NCBI RefSeq assembly: GCF_009914755.1
Contig: NC_060932.1
Length of the DNA stretch: 64,000 bases
Source of the DNA: the human T2T-CHM13v2.0 reference genome, Homo sapiens
Strand: one strand, 5' to 3'
The notes under the pieces were generated by a model. The model had not been told where the DNA came from and did not search any database. It saw only the letters and a program-made list of their open reading frames with translations. How positions within the stretch are numbered: position 1 is the stretch's first letter; each line of letters opens with the position of its first letter. Below, in pieces: positions 1 through 13,020 of the stretch. A program made the position numbers and the translations under genes.

Positions 1-511
1 AAGGAGTTGGAAACTAGAAAAAGCCAGATAAGAAAGGAGACGGTGGGAGATGAGGATAAAGGTAGCTGCTAAGAAATGAGTCCGTTGGAAAAAACTATAG
101 AGACATCAAAGTATGTTCCACTTTATATTTTAGAAAGGTCTTTCCTAAGCATACTTGCAACCTCCAGTTATAAAACTGAGAGTCTGAAAGCTCTGAGGAG
201 CCTCAAGTGAACACTGTATGGTGGGATTAGATGGAATGGGACATGAGGGGATGGTAAATCAATGACAAAAGTGTTACTGTTTATTTTCTTTTCAAAGCCA
301 GAGAGAAGTCATATGGAGGGGGAGCAGAAAAAAATGTTACTAAATTCAGCAGCATGCAATAGTGATAATTGTATTTCTTGCTTATGCATATACAAGAGAA
401 ACTGATTCTGTAGAGAAATTAGAAAGGGAAAATAGTGAGGAGTAAAAAATTCAATCACACAAAACACATGAACATCAAAAAAGTGTCCTAAGGAGAAGGG
501 TCTCAGAATAC

Positions 512-598
512 CTGTGCCTTCCCATATCTTGCTCGTGGACTCTGAGGGTATTTGCGTACTAGTTCTTTAAATGCATTCACTGCTTCCTCAATTTTTCC
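512..598 (-). CDS. ASPH: ASPH coding exon (87 nt, phase 0-0), GKIEEAVNAFKELVRKYPQSPRARYGKAQ, start of the TPR region
   Basis: Minus strand: tctttctaacag acceptor, 29 open codons, CAG|gtattc donor. Peptide recognised as ASPH and in frame with exon 7683-7768. Confidence 0.96.
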
Positions 599-810
599 CT
601 GTTAGAAAGACAAAATTACATAAATAAAATAAATTAAAATGAATAATCAATCAATATTGTTATTTAATATTCAGCAAGTGGTTTTGTCAGAGTTTCCTAG
701 ATTCCATCCTGAGTGTAAAGATAGTTTTATCTAAGATTTTAAAAAAAGCTATATTAAGGCAAACAGAAAACTAGTAATGAACACATATTTACTTCATTTT
801 TAAAAAGACA

Positions 811-1166
811 GAAGGACAGAAAACCAAACATCGCATGTTCTCACTCATAGATGGGAATTGAACAATGAGAACACTTGGACACAGGGTGGGGAACATCACA
901 CACCAGGGCCTGTCGTGGGGTGGGGGGATGGAGGAGGGCTAGCATTAGGAGATATACCTAATGTACATGACGGGTGAACGGGTGCACCACATCAACATGG
1001 CACATGTATACTGTATACATATGTAACAAACCTGCACATGGTGCACATGTACCATAGAACTTAAAGTATAATAATAAAAACATAAATAAATAATAAAATG
1101 ACAAAAAAAAAAAGAAAATGGCAAGGATGCCCAATCTCGCAAAAAAAAAAAAAAAAAAAAAAAAAA
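811..1166 (+). mobile_element. 5'-truncated L1PA 3' end (L1PA5/6-like) with a double A-tail
   Basis: Canonical L1PA 3'UTR (catgttctcactcatag..gggaattgaacaatgagaac..agaacttaaagtataata). TSD AAAAAGACA at 802-810 and 1162-1170 after a TTTTT|AAAAA site. Confidence 0.92.
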
Positions 1167-1262
1167 GACAAGACACCTGATAAATGATGTAATATGTGGT
1201 TTTGCTAAAGAAATTGAATTTTCCCTCAATATAAGTACAGGTTCTACCATGTTCTCGAATAT

Positions 1263-1636
1263 TGTATTAGTCTGTTTTCACACTGCTATAAAAAATACCT
1301 GAGACTGGATAATTTATAAAGGAAAGAGGTTTAACTGAATCACAGTTCCACGTGGCTGGGGAGGCCTAAGGAAACTTGCGATTGTGGCAGAAGGCAAAGA
1401 GGAATCAAGGACCCTCCTGACATGGTGGCAAGAGAGAGAAGAGTGAGGAGCGAAGGGGGAAGATCCCCTTATAAAACCATCAGATCTCATGAGAACTTAC
1501 TATCATGAGAACGGCATGGGGGAAACTGCCCCCTTGATCCAATCACCTTCCACCAGGTGTCTCTCTAGGCACATGGGGATTATGGGGATTACAATTTGAG
1601 ATGGGATTTGGGTGGGGACACAGTGAAACCATATCA
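1263..1636 (-). mobile_element. THE1 (THE1D-like) MaLR LTR, 3' LTR of a truncated element
   Basis: tgtattagtc...aaccatatca termini typical of THE1/MST LTRs. A polypurine tract (minus-strand GGGGTGGAA) abuts the LTR at 1637-1645. Confidence 0.9.
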
Positions 1637-4200
1637 TTCCACCCCTGATCCCTCCCAATTCTCATGTCCTCACATTTCAAAACACAATCATGCCTTTACA
1701 ACAGTCCCACAAAAGTTTAACTCATTCCAGCATAAACCCAAAGTCAAAGTCCAAAGTCTCATCTGAGACAAGGCAAGTCCCATCCACTTAGAAGCCTGTA
1801 AAATCAAAAGCAAATCAGTTACTTCTAAGATACAATGGGGGTACAGGTATTGGATAAATGCTCCCATTCAAAATGGGAGAAATTGGACCAAGAAGCAGCT
1901 TCTCCGCTCCTTCTAGGATCTCCGCCTGGTTCGGCCCGCCTGCCTCCACTCCTGCCTCCACCATGTCCATCAGGGTGACCCAGAAGTCCTACAAGGTGTC
2001 CACCTCTGGCCCCCGGGCCTTCAGCAGCTGCTCCTACACGAGTGGGCCCGGTGCCCGCATCAGCTCCTCGAGCTTCTCCTGAGTGGGCAGCAGCAGCTTT
2101 CGGGGTGGCCTGGGCGGCGGCTATAGTGGGGCCAGCGGCATGGGAGGCATCACCGCAGTCACGGTCAACCAGAGCCTACTGAGCCCCCTTGTCCTGGAGG
2201 TGGACCCCAACATCCAGGCTGTGTGCACCCAGGAGAAGGAGCAGATCAAGACCCTCAACAACAAGTTTGCCTCCTTCATAGACAAGGTACAGTTCCTGGA
2301 GCAGCAGAACAAGATGCTGGAGACCAAGTGGAGCCTCCTGCAGCAGCAGAAGACGGCTCGGAGCAACATGGACAACATGTTCGAGAGCTACATCAACAAC
2401 CTTAGGCGGCAGCTGGAGACTCTGGGCCAGGAGAAGCTGAAGCTGGAGGCGGAGCTTGGCAACATGCAGAGGCTGGTGGAGGACTTCAAGAACAAGTATG
2501 AGGATGAGATCAATAAGCATACAGAGATGGAGAATGAATTTGTCCTCATCAAGAAGGATGTGGATGAAGCTTACATGAACAAGGTAGAGCTGGAGTCTCG
2601 CCTGGAAGGGCTGACTGACGAGATCAACTTCCTCAGGCAGCTGTACGAAAAGGAGATCCGGGAGCTGCAGTCCCAGATCTCGGACACATCTGTGGTGCTG
2701 TCCATGGACAACAGCCGCTCCCTGGACATGGACAGCATCATTGCTGAGGTCAAGGCACAGTACGAGGATATTGCCAACCAAAGACGGGCTGAGGCTGAGA
2801 GCATGTACCAGGTCAAGTATGAGGAGCTGCAGAGTCTGGCTGGGAAGCACGGGGATGACCTGTGGCGCACAAAGACTGAGATCTCTGAGATGAACTGGAA
2901 CATCAGCCAGCTCCAGGCTGAGATTGAGGGCCTCAAAGGCCAGAGGGCTTCCCTGGAGGCCGCCATTGCAGATGCCGAGCAGCGTGGAGAGCTGGCCATT
3001 AAGGATGCCAACGCCAAGTTGTCCGAGCTGGAGGCTGCCCTGCAGCGGGCCAAGCAGGACATGGCACGGCAGCTGCGTGAGTACCAGGAGCTGATGAACG
3101 TCAAGCTGGCCCTGGACATCGAGATCACCACCTACAGGAAGCTGCTGGAGGGCAAAGAGAGCCGGCTGGAGTCTGGGATGCAGAACATGAGTATTCATAC
3201 GAAGACCACCAGCGGCTATGCAGGTGGTCTGAGCTCGGCCTATGGGGGCCTCACAAGCCCCGGCCTCAGCTACGGCCTGGGCTCCAGCTTTGGCTCTGGC
3301 GCAGGCTCCAGCTCCCTCAGCCGCACCAGTTCCTCCAGGGCCGTGGTTGTGAAGAAGATCGAGACATGTGATGGGAAGCTGGTGTCCGAGTCCTCTGACA
3401 TCCTGCCCAAGTGAACAGCTGTGGCAGCCCCTCCCAGCCTACCCCTCCTGCGCTGCCCCAGAGCCTGGGAAGGAGGCCACTATTCAGGGTAGCACTGGGA
3501 ACAGGAGACCCACCTGAGGCTCAGCCCTAGCCCTCAGCCCACCTGGGGAGTTTACTACCTGGGGACCCCCCTTGCCCATGCCTCCAGCTACAAAACAATT
3601 CAATTGCTTTTTTTTGGTCCAAAATAAAACCTCAGCTAGCTCTGCCAATGTCAAAAAAAAAAAAAAAAAAAAAAAAGGGAGAAATTCGCCAAAACAAAGG
3701 GGCTTCAAGTTCCATGCAAGTCTAAAATCCAGTGTGGCAGTCATTAAATTTTAAAGCTCTGAAATCATCTCCTTTGACTCCATGTCTCACATCCAGGTCA
3801 TGCTGATACAAGTGGTGGGCTCTCATGGTCTTGGGCAGCTCCACCCCTGTGGCTTTGCAGGGTACAGTCCCCCTCCCAGCTGCTTTCATGGGCTGGTCTT
3901 AGGTATCTGCGGCTTTTCCAGGCACACAGTACAAGCTGTTGGTGGATCTACCATTCTGGGGCCTGCAGGATGGTGGCCGTCTTCTCACAACTCCACTAGG
4001 CAGTGCCCCAGTGGGGACTCTATGTGGGGGATCCAACCCCACATTTCCCTTCTACGCTGCCCTAGCAGAGGTTCTCCATGAGGGCTCCACCCGTACAGCA
4101 AACTTTTGCTTGGACATCCAGGCAATTCAATACACGTCCTCTGAAATCTAGGCAGAGGTTCCCAAACCTCAATTCCTGACTTCTGTGTACCTGCAGGCCC
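1637..4200 (-). mobile_element. THE1 internal sequence, interrupted by the KRT8 retrocopy (pieces 1637-1886 and 3677-~4200)
   Basis: THE1/MST-int motifs (caaagtctcatctgagacaaggcaagtccc; ctcctttgactccatgtctcacatccaggtc) are continuous across the insertion. No second LTR is seen. Confidence 0.85.
1887..3676 (+). pseudogene. KRT8P3: Keratin 8 processed pseudogene: 5'UTR, intronless CDS 1963-3414 with premature TGA at 2080-2082, 3'UTR, AATAAA 3623-3628, poly(A) 3653-3676
   Basis: MSIRVTQKSYKVSTSGPRAFSS start and K8 rod and tail. 484 codons with no frameshift and no introns. TSD core GGGAGAAATT at 1875-1884 and 3677-3686. The P3 number is from recall of the human ASPH-intronic copy. Confidence 0.95.
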
Positions 4201-4212
4201 AGTATTGAAATC

Positions 4213-4690
4213 TGTGTTACTCTTCGATGGCCTCTGTAACAAACTACCACAAACTTGATGGCTTAAAATAAGAGAACTTTGTTCTCTCGCAGTTTTGCAG
4301 AACAGATTTCCAGAATTAGTTTCTCTGGGATGAAATCAAGATGATGGCAGGGCTGTGCTCTATCCAGAGGTTTTATGGGAATATTTGTCCTTGTCTATTC
4401 CCAGTATTTCTTGATTTGTGGATGGATCACTCCAATATCCAATTCTGTCTTCATACTGCTTTCTTTCTCCTCTGTATGTGCTACTTTTTATTTTGTCGGC
4501 ATCAAATTTCCCTCTGTCCCTCTCTTATGTGGAAACATGATTGCATTTAAGGCCCAACTGGATAATCCAGGATAATCTCTCTATCTCAATGTCCTTAATC
4601 ACATCTGCAAAGATCCTTTTCCCAAATAACATAACATTTACAGGTTCCAGACACATATCTTTTGGGGGTCTATTTTCAGCCTAGTATGCA
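4213..4690 (-). mobile_element. MLT1 (MLT1E-like) MaLR LTR
   Basis: ctgtaacaaactaccacaaactt..gcttaaaa and gataatccaggataatctct..aatcacatctgcaaagatcctttt motifs. Confidence 0.75.
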
Positions 4691-7025
4691 CCCCATGCAA
4701 CTTAAATTGCAACTGTCAAAGCTATTTCAATGATAATTGTGCTAAATGTACTAATATCAGACTTAAAACATAAGAATAACAATGTTCATAACAAATTTGA
4801 TAAGGTGAGATATTCCTGCTTGACACTGTCAAGGCTGTTAAAATAATGGGATATTTTGGCTCTGTCTGCAGCATCCTTTGAATCCCTGCAAGACAGAGGC
4901 TCTGTGGCTTTCCTGAGGGGCCATCAGCCTTGCTTTCACTTCAGTTGGCTGGCAAAGTAAATGTGTTTGCTTTTAGTCTGAAAGAATTTCCCTTCCCTAA
5001 GTTTTTGTATAGCTCCAAGCACTATTGCTCAATTCTAATTTAAAAACTCAGCTGCAAGACACAAAATGTTTGAAGAATTGCCTGAAAATGATCTGTTCCT
5101 CAACATAGCTTATAATGTTCTCCTAGGACCAAGACAGTTCATGGGAGAGACATGGACGTAGGCCACAGTGTGTTGACATGAGGCCAATGGGCTGTGCGGA
5201 AGGATAATAAGATACATTCCTGCAGCTGCATGGTAGAATAATCCACTGGTATGATGTCAGTGGGGAAGTAGGAAGTTTTGCATCCATCAGTATACCTTTT
5301 ATGAAGATCTACAGCCAAATGTTTCTCTCTGGACTTGGAGCAGAACAGCTCTTCTGATGAACAATATTAATCTTATCTTCTGATTCTGTTTTCCATGTTG
5401 TCCCTCGAGGAATTGTTGACTTCATTCCTAGCATGGTTTAGAGCCAGTGGTGTGAACTTTCAGGTATTTGATTAAATTTTCTTTACTCCCTCCCCACCTT
5501 TTCAAAAATCACTTACAATGCTGTAATAATAAGTGATTCCAACAAATAAGCAAATATATTTCAGTATATCATTTCAAACCCTTTTTCCAGAGGTAGGAAA
5601 GCATTTTAAATAATAAATATTATTATTTTTTAAAATAGAGGATTGGAATATAATCTGATCTATACTTTTCTGGGGGGATAAAAAGCGAACACATACTTTC
5701 ATGTAACATAGTCCTTGAGCCTAAGGCATGAACTGAGGCTGCACTGGCTCTGTGTGGAGTGTGTGTTAGTTGGCCTCGGCTGGTCCAGTGCACTAAGGTG
5801 CATCCTCTGAAAATACTAGCCATAAAAACAACCCTAAAAGACTGAATTATGTTGATGAGTCAGTCAATAACATAGCTTCCTGTTGTTTCAGAAGCAAGAA
5901 TTGTATATGGGGCTACTTCTTCCTCTTTTATTTCCCTGGTATAAATTCAAGATGCTCCTTGAGAAAAATATAACTTCTCCAAAGGAGCAACACTGCAGAA
6001 TACCCCATAACTGAGCCCTCCTTTATCATTCATATAATTACATTAAAATCCTTCTCTAAAGCTGCTCATATTTTTTTTACACCAAAAGTCACCTGTGCAA
6101 TAGGCACTCCCATTTTTATATATGACATTTAGTATAGAGAAAGTGGAGGTTGCCAAAGGAGGTGGCAGAAAAAGATTATTGCTTCAATTCTATTAAGAAA
6201 TACAAACTGACCACAAACAGTAGATGGCTTCACTTCATAAAGTTAAACAAGACAGTTAACTTTCTTGTTTACTATCAGAAAGTAGGAATCATTCCACGTG
6301 GTTAGATTTAAGGGAAGTGAACAATGACTTTGCTGCAATATTCTGTGGAGTTACTCTATTTTTATTGGCAAACCTTGGCTTTGGAGCCTCACCTAATGCC
6401 AGTTCCAAAAGCCTTTATGCTCATTGGTACACTTTCAATAAACATGTGGACGTACATTCTTGTCCCATTTTAGTTCCTAACCAGTGTTTTTATTGTTGTT
6501 TGTTTACTTAAAGCCCACTTGTTCCTTTATTATTGCAGCCAATGTCTACTGATTAAAAAGCCTATTACAGGAAAACTAATGAACATTACAGAGTCTACAT
6601 TCAAGTGCAGAGTAGAGAAACAAATTTCCGCCAAAAACAAGGAGATGATTAATTGAAGATATGATTAAATACATTATAATAAATATTTTTGCACCCGATG
6701 ATTAGATGATATGACCAAGGTAAGGGAACGAATAACTTAAATCCAGTTTCAATTTATTGTTCTCAAAATTGTAATATCTATAAAGAAATGCAAGTAATAT
6801 TTCAAATATATCGACAAATTAAAATATAAATAAGGTACCCTGAAAACTGGAGGTGCATGAGGTTAACCCTAAGTAAGAAGAATGTCATTTCATCTACCAA
6901 TTACTATCCTGAGTAATGGACTGACCTAGTTTTTCTTTTTGCATCAAGGAGCTATAAAATTAAAAACTTGCACTTCTATGATACTTGACAGTGTTATTAT
7001 TATTATTATTATTATTTTAATCTCA

Positions 7026-7298
<273 letters not shown>

Positions 7299-7682
7299 AT
7301 TCTCATTTGATCTTTAAATTGATCTTTAAAAAACTCAATTAGGAGGTAGAAAGAATATTTATCATTATCATGTCTGTAAGAAAACTAACGCCCAGAAGAG
7401 CCAAGTGGTTTCCCCAAAGCTGCATAACTAGAATGTGATGGAGGTAGGCTGACACCCGCATCGGCTGGCCTGAAGGAAAGTTCTATTTCTCTTTGGCCAT
7501 GTGGTAGCAATTCTCTTCCATCTGATTCATTTCATGTGGAATGTTCATGTGCCTGGGGAAAAATCCACTCTATTCAACTGTTGTTTCTTTTACATTTACT
7601 ATTTTTTTTTTTTTTAACAAATCAAGAGTAATGCCTGAGTTTATTTAACAACAAAACCATTGCACAAAAAATATCAACCTAC

Positions 7683-7768
7683 CCTTTTACGGAGTTTTTC
7701 TGCAGCATCAAGTTCAGCTTTAATAGTCTTATCAAATTTATTTAAAAGTTTAGGCTTCTTTTTCTTAA
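7683..7768 (-). CDS. ASPH: ASPH coding exon (86 nt, phase 1-0), (V)KKKKPKLLNKFDKTIKAELDAAEKLRKR
   Basis: ttttttctttcag acceptor and AGG|gtaggt donor. In frame with the flanking exons and matches the known ASPH peptide. Confidence 0.96.
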
Positions 7769-8207
7769 CTGAAAGAAAAAAGAGATTTTTATTTTTAACG
7801 TTTTTTGACTAGAAATAGTTATTAAGCATAACAATTTACAAGTAGTGGGAAACCTGATGCTGGTCTCCACCAAAGACCTGCAGGAGAAGGCACACTGCAG
7901 GCTCGCCTTCCATTTCCTCCCCTAGATGGTGTGATGAAGTCAGTGACTGCCAAGGAAGGCAATGCAGCCCTTACCTATCTGCTACAATGTGTTCTTGGGA
8001 GAGTGGGTGGATAGTATACTGAAACTCTCCAGGATACTGGCTTGGTTTCTGGGATGTAAATGGTGGGTATGACTCCTAAACTCTCATAATCTACTTCTTG
8101 GCTATGTCCAAAATATTGTTTAAAATAGTTTTTTTGAATATGTCCACAACTTTTTCTGATACAGATAAAGATGAAAATGGAAGGCTCCTCTCAAGGAAGT
8201 CAAATAA

Positions 8208-8609
<402 letters not shown>

Positions 8610-9526
8610 TGAAAAACGTGCCTATCCTTCAACAATAAGTTCAAAACCACGCTCCTTATAAAGTTTCTCCTGAAATCACCCACACAGTACTCAGTTCCCT
8701 GCTCCACTGTGTGCGTCTTTAAGTCCACTGCACCCTGCGTATCTCTGTTTTGTGGTCCTTCCCCACTAGGGGTTTTGTTATAATCCTTCACGCGCTTATC
8801 TTAGTCCTAACTCTTGCAGGGTGGTACCGTGTCTTAAAAGCAGGCTGAATCTGTTTATGTAAGCATCAATCCATTGCTTACTTAGCAAACAGTTTTTGGC
8901 TCTGTGCACAACCTCAGCACCCAGCAAACAGGAGCCCTCCTCCCGAAGGCAAGGCACACCCAGCAGGTGAGAGGGCCAGTCCTGCTGGTGCACAACTGGC
9001 AGTGACTGCAGAGTGGATGGATGCAGAGCACTTCTCAGAAGCCCCAAGTGACAAGAGTGGAAGCTTGAAGGGTAAGCAGAATGTTCTGGAGAAGGGGAGT
9101 GGTGGCAGGGAAGGGGGCAAAGCGGGAGGGATAGAGACGAATTAAAACAATCAGAAGAGAACTTCCTCAATTTTCTGACAATAAACCTACAGACGTTAAT
9201 AGCTTCTTCCCTATCTTGTCACAAAGGAAGACGGGCTGTTCTTTCTAAGGTCCCCTCTCCGCCAACACACACACCTGTCTTGTGCCTTCTGAATGTCTAT
9301 TCACTCTCAGCATCTCTCGTGTGCCCCCTGGTGGGAATTTAATAATGCGTTAAATAATGCCAAAGTTTCTGCCATCTTACAGCAAACAAACAAACCAGCC
9401 TACCCTCCTCTACTTGCCACGCTCCCTCCCCTCCCCTGGGGGGCACCTCTTTGTCACCTTTCCTGTCAGCACTTTGGCTTCCTCACCCACCACGTGGGCA
9501 GAAGCAAGTCTGCCAGAGGAGGGAGG

Positions 9527-9745
9527 GCTGTGTGGTTAAGCATCGATGGCAGGGGTCTGAGTCCCAGCTCTGTCACCTCCAAGCTCTGTGACCTAAGCCA
9601 AGCTGGCACTAAACTTTTCTGGGTCTCACTTACCTCCTCTATAAAATTAGGGGTGTTTTTGAGGGTTAAATCAGGATAGTATATGAAGCATTTAACACAG
9701 TGCTTGGCATACAGTAAGTGCTCAGTACCTGAGAGCTATTATAAT
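9527..9745 (+). mobile_element. MIR SINE
   Basis: cccagctctgtcacc..ctgtgacct..; gaagcatttaacacagtgcttggcatacagtaagtgctca 3' end. Confidence 0.8.
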
Positions 9746-9789
9746 AATGGCTATGGCTTTCTGCAAATCTATTTGTTCTGTTTCTTCCT

Positions 9790-10210
9790 ATTTTACCTGG
9801 CCCTTTTGCAGCATTTGACACAGTTGATGCCCTCCTCCTTCCTAGATGATCCCTTTCCTTGACTTTTATGTTGCCCACTCTCCCAGTGTTCTTCCTTATT
9901 CTCTAGCCTCTTGAATTTCTCTTTATTGCCTCTGTAACTCCTTCTCCCTGCTGCTCCTTGGGATGTTATATTCTTCAGGGTCAGTCTTCAGTCTCTTTAG
10001 CGGCTTTAACTACTTAATTTCCAGCTGAGCTACAAACCAACTAGTTCATTTTCTCCTGCATCACGAAAATTATAAATCCAAGCACCTATTGACACATACC
10101 TCAAACTCAGTAAATAAAAAATAGAATTTGCTATTCCTCACACATCTATTCTTTTTCATATTGACTTTATTGCAGAGAATGACACCCAATTGTCCAAATC
10201 AGAAACTTGG
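9790..10210 (+). mobile_element. L2 LINE fragment
   Basis: gcagcatttgacacagttgatgccctcctcctt L2 motif in a pyrimidine-rich context. Confidence 0.65.
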
Positions 10211-12499
10211 TTATAAAACACAACCAAAATAAGGGCAAAGAAGAGCACATGGAATCATCCTAAGGAAGATGGAATGGAATCACTACTGTCTTTTTAGCAC
10301 TCACTCTGCGCCAGTCGCCCGGCCACACACTATACATAGATACCTTTTATTTTCTCAACTTCCTGAACACAGGGAATTTAACTACACGGAGAAGACCACT
10401 GAGGTTCCAAAAGGGTTAGTTACCTTGACCCCTCCACTCTCTCACCCACATGGAAAGAAGTGGATACTTATTTCGTGTTTCCCAAGAAGAGGGAAGATTC
10501 TCCAAAATACTTAGTCTCCTACCTCTCCCTACAGGGGAGGTGATATGACTTAATCCACTTGCTGAGTTGGTAGAAGGAACTTGAAGTTCAGTTTCACTCC
10601 TTCCCTACCTCTCAAGAGCATGCACACTGAGCTGAGCTGAGCTGACCTTCTGAGAACATTCGTGCTGAGCGGAACTGCAAGAGAGGCTCTCACATGGAAG
10701 AACTAAGGCTGTTCCATGCTGTCTGGAGCAGTGGGTATGTCCAATTCTGGGGCTCAGTGTTAAGAAATCTGTTATTCCTGATTATCCAAACCCCCTCTTT
10801 TAATTCAACTTTCATCAAGTAATAAAGCTGACACTCTGATCATCTTTTAATTACTTACACATTTGTTTGCTATGATCTTCTATTATATTTATTTGACTTT
10901 CCTTCTCTCTCCTCCCAGAAACCCTAATCCCTGTAATGTTGAAAGCTATATGTGTCTAAGGCAGAGACTGAAAAAACAGTGAATAATGAGCTTTAAACTG
11001 CATGCCATTATATGTTACCATATATGCTGATATGGAAAATGAATAGACATTTCTCTGTGACACAGATTGATGGTAGTAGGAGCTCATGCCTTGTCATCTC
11101 AGCACAGACTTATGTCTCCCAATTGTTCATTTTGCTTTTGTAGAAGTGTCTATCAACAGAATGACAGTGAGACCTCCAGAAAAGCCTGGTGTGCAGCTGA
11201 GTAGACAGTTTCACTGTGGGCATCACTGGTTTTCCCCAACATGTCTCTTGTGTTATAAAATTCAAGTTAAAATAATATTTATTTAAAAGAAACTAAAAAC
11301 TAGCAGTTTAGGACATCCAAAACAGTGTAACAGCAAAATTATATGCTTGTTAATGAGCAATGCTGTATCTTAGTGTCACGATATTTCAATAACAGCACTA
11401 AAATAGACAAAATATTAAAAATCTCACAGCATGCCACCATGTTCTATCTTTTCATATATCTTCATATTTGATAGCTTCTAACTATTGTACCTGTCTTTGA
11501 AATTCAAATTTTATCCTATTTTTATTTTTAAGTACACAGAAAGCCTGAGGCAATTTTCCCAACTGCTAAAAACCACAGACTCACTCTTTCTTCTCATTCT
11601 GGGGAGGCACATGTTCTACCTGTAGAAAAAATGAGTCCTCATTCAGGCTGGTGATGGGACCCTGGCGAACTCTCTCCAGCACTCTGGGCCTCAGCTTTCT
11701 TACCCATGGGTAAGAAATGGGTGATGTGGGCTGCTTCTCTTAAGGTCTCTTTGAACTCAAAAGTCCTGTGCTTCTAATTTTCAGTATTTAAATTATGTTC
11801 ATAATCTTTTAAAGTACACCTATAAGGTACTAGAAAGAATTATTAATTTTGTTGAATTTGGATCTTTCAAAATGGTTTAGGAGAAAGCTATCTATGCTAT
11901 ATATAAATTAAAGTTTTGTTTTGTTTTTAAATCACTGCCATTACAAGTGTTTGGCCCTTTTTCAAAAGCACAAAGAAGAAAAGAAAAAGGAACACTTACA
12001 TTTCAAATCCTTACTTCCCTTGCCAGGCTGTGGTTGAAATATTAAGAGCAAACAAAATGGAAAAGAAGGAAAATAAAAGGATAGCTGAAGGCAGGAGGAA
12101 AACACTAGTGATGCATTTGTAGATTATAAAAATTACGTTGACTCCTTTTCATTTCCACTTAGTTCATGGAAGATGTTTTTATACTACAGTCCATGGGGAG
12201 AAGTTGATCATCAATAAAAACAGACACAGAATCTTCACATTACTCTATGTCCTATACCCATTCCACTGAAGACAGTGAAGAAAACAGCAATTTCTCCTAC
12301 AAGGTATATTTTGAAAAGCAACAATTTCCTAACTAGTCTCCCTGACTCGAGTCTGTTCCCATGTTCTACCTTGTTCTCAGGTTATTTTTGAAACACTATT
12401 TATTCATGTCATTACATTGCTGAAAATACACCCATAGATCCCCAGAACATAAAAAATAGAAATTAAATTCACTGGGATGCCCTCCTAGCAATCCTGCTC

Positions 12500-13020
12500 C
12501 TAATTACGGACCCAAGAAAAATGAAAACATAAATCATGAAGACGTACACAAAGACTTGCATGCAAATATTCACCACAGGGTTGTTCACAACAGCCCCAAC
12601 GTAGAGAAAACCCGATGTCCATCAACTGGTGAATGAAAACAATCTGTGGTATATCCAAAAAATGAAATACTACTCAGCAATAACACCAGTACCTGCAACA
12701 ATATGGATGAATTTTAAATGCATTATGTTAAGTGAAAGTGGCCTAGTCCAAAAGGCTACTGACTAATTCCATTTAGATAGCATTCTGGAAAACTGAAAAC
12801 TGCAGCTACAGAAAACAGGTAAGTGGCTTCAGAGGCTGTGGTGGGAAAAGGGGATGACTACAAGGGCACAAAATAATTTAGGGGGTTGCAAAGTTCTGTA
12901 AGTTAGTTGTGGTGGATAAAAGCTGTATCTAGATGTATATGCATCATAGAATACACACTATAAAAGGTAAATTTTACTGTATGTAAATTCCTTCTTAATG
13001 AACCTGACTTTTAACAAAAA
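12500..13020 (+). mobile_element. Old L1M (L1MC/ME-type) 3' end
   Basis: gatgtccatcaactggtgaatg, aatactactcagcaataa, ttttactgtatgtaaatt motifs. Confidence 0.75.

Noticed and set aside
1858-2082. 74-aa ORF fusing THE1-int sequence to the KRT8 head
   Set aside because: Incidental in-frame ATG in the host element. It ends at the R40 stop and has no promoter evidence.
2121-3198. Long minus-strand ORFs (340, 186 and 85 aa)
   Set aside because: Antisense shadows of the GC-rich keratin coding sequence, with no independent gene signals.
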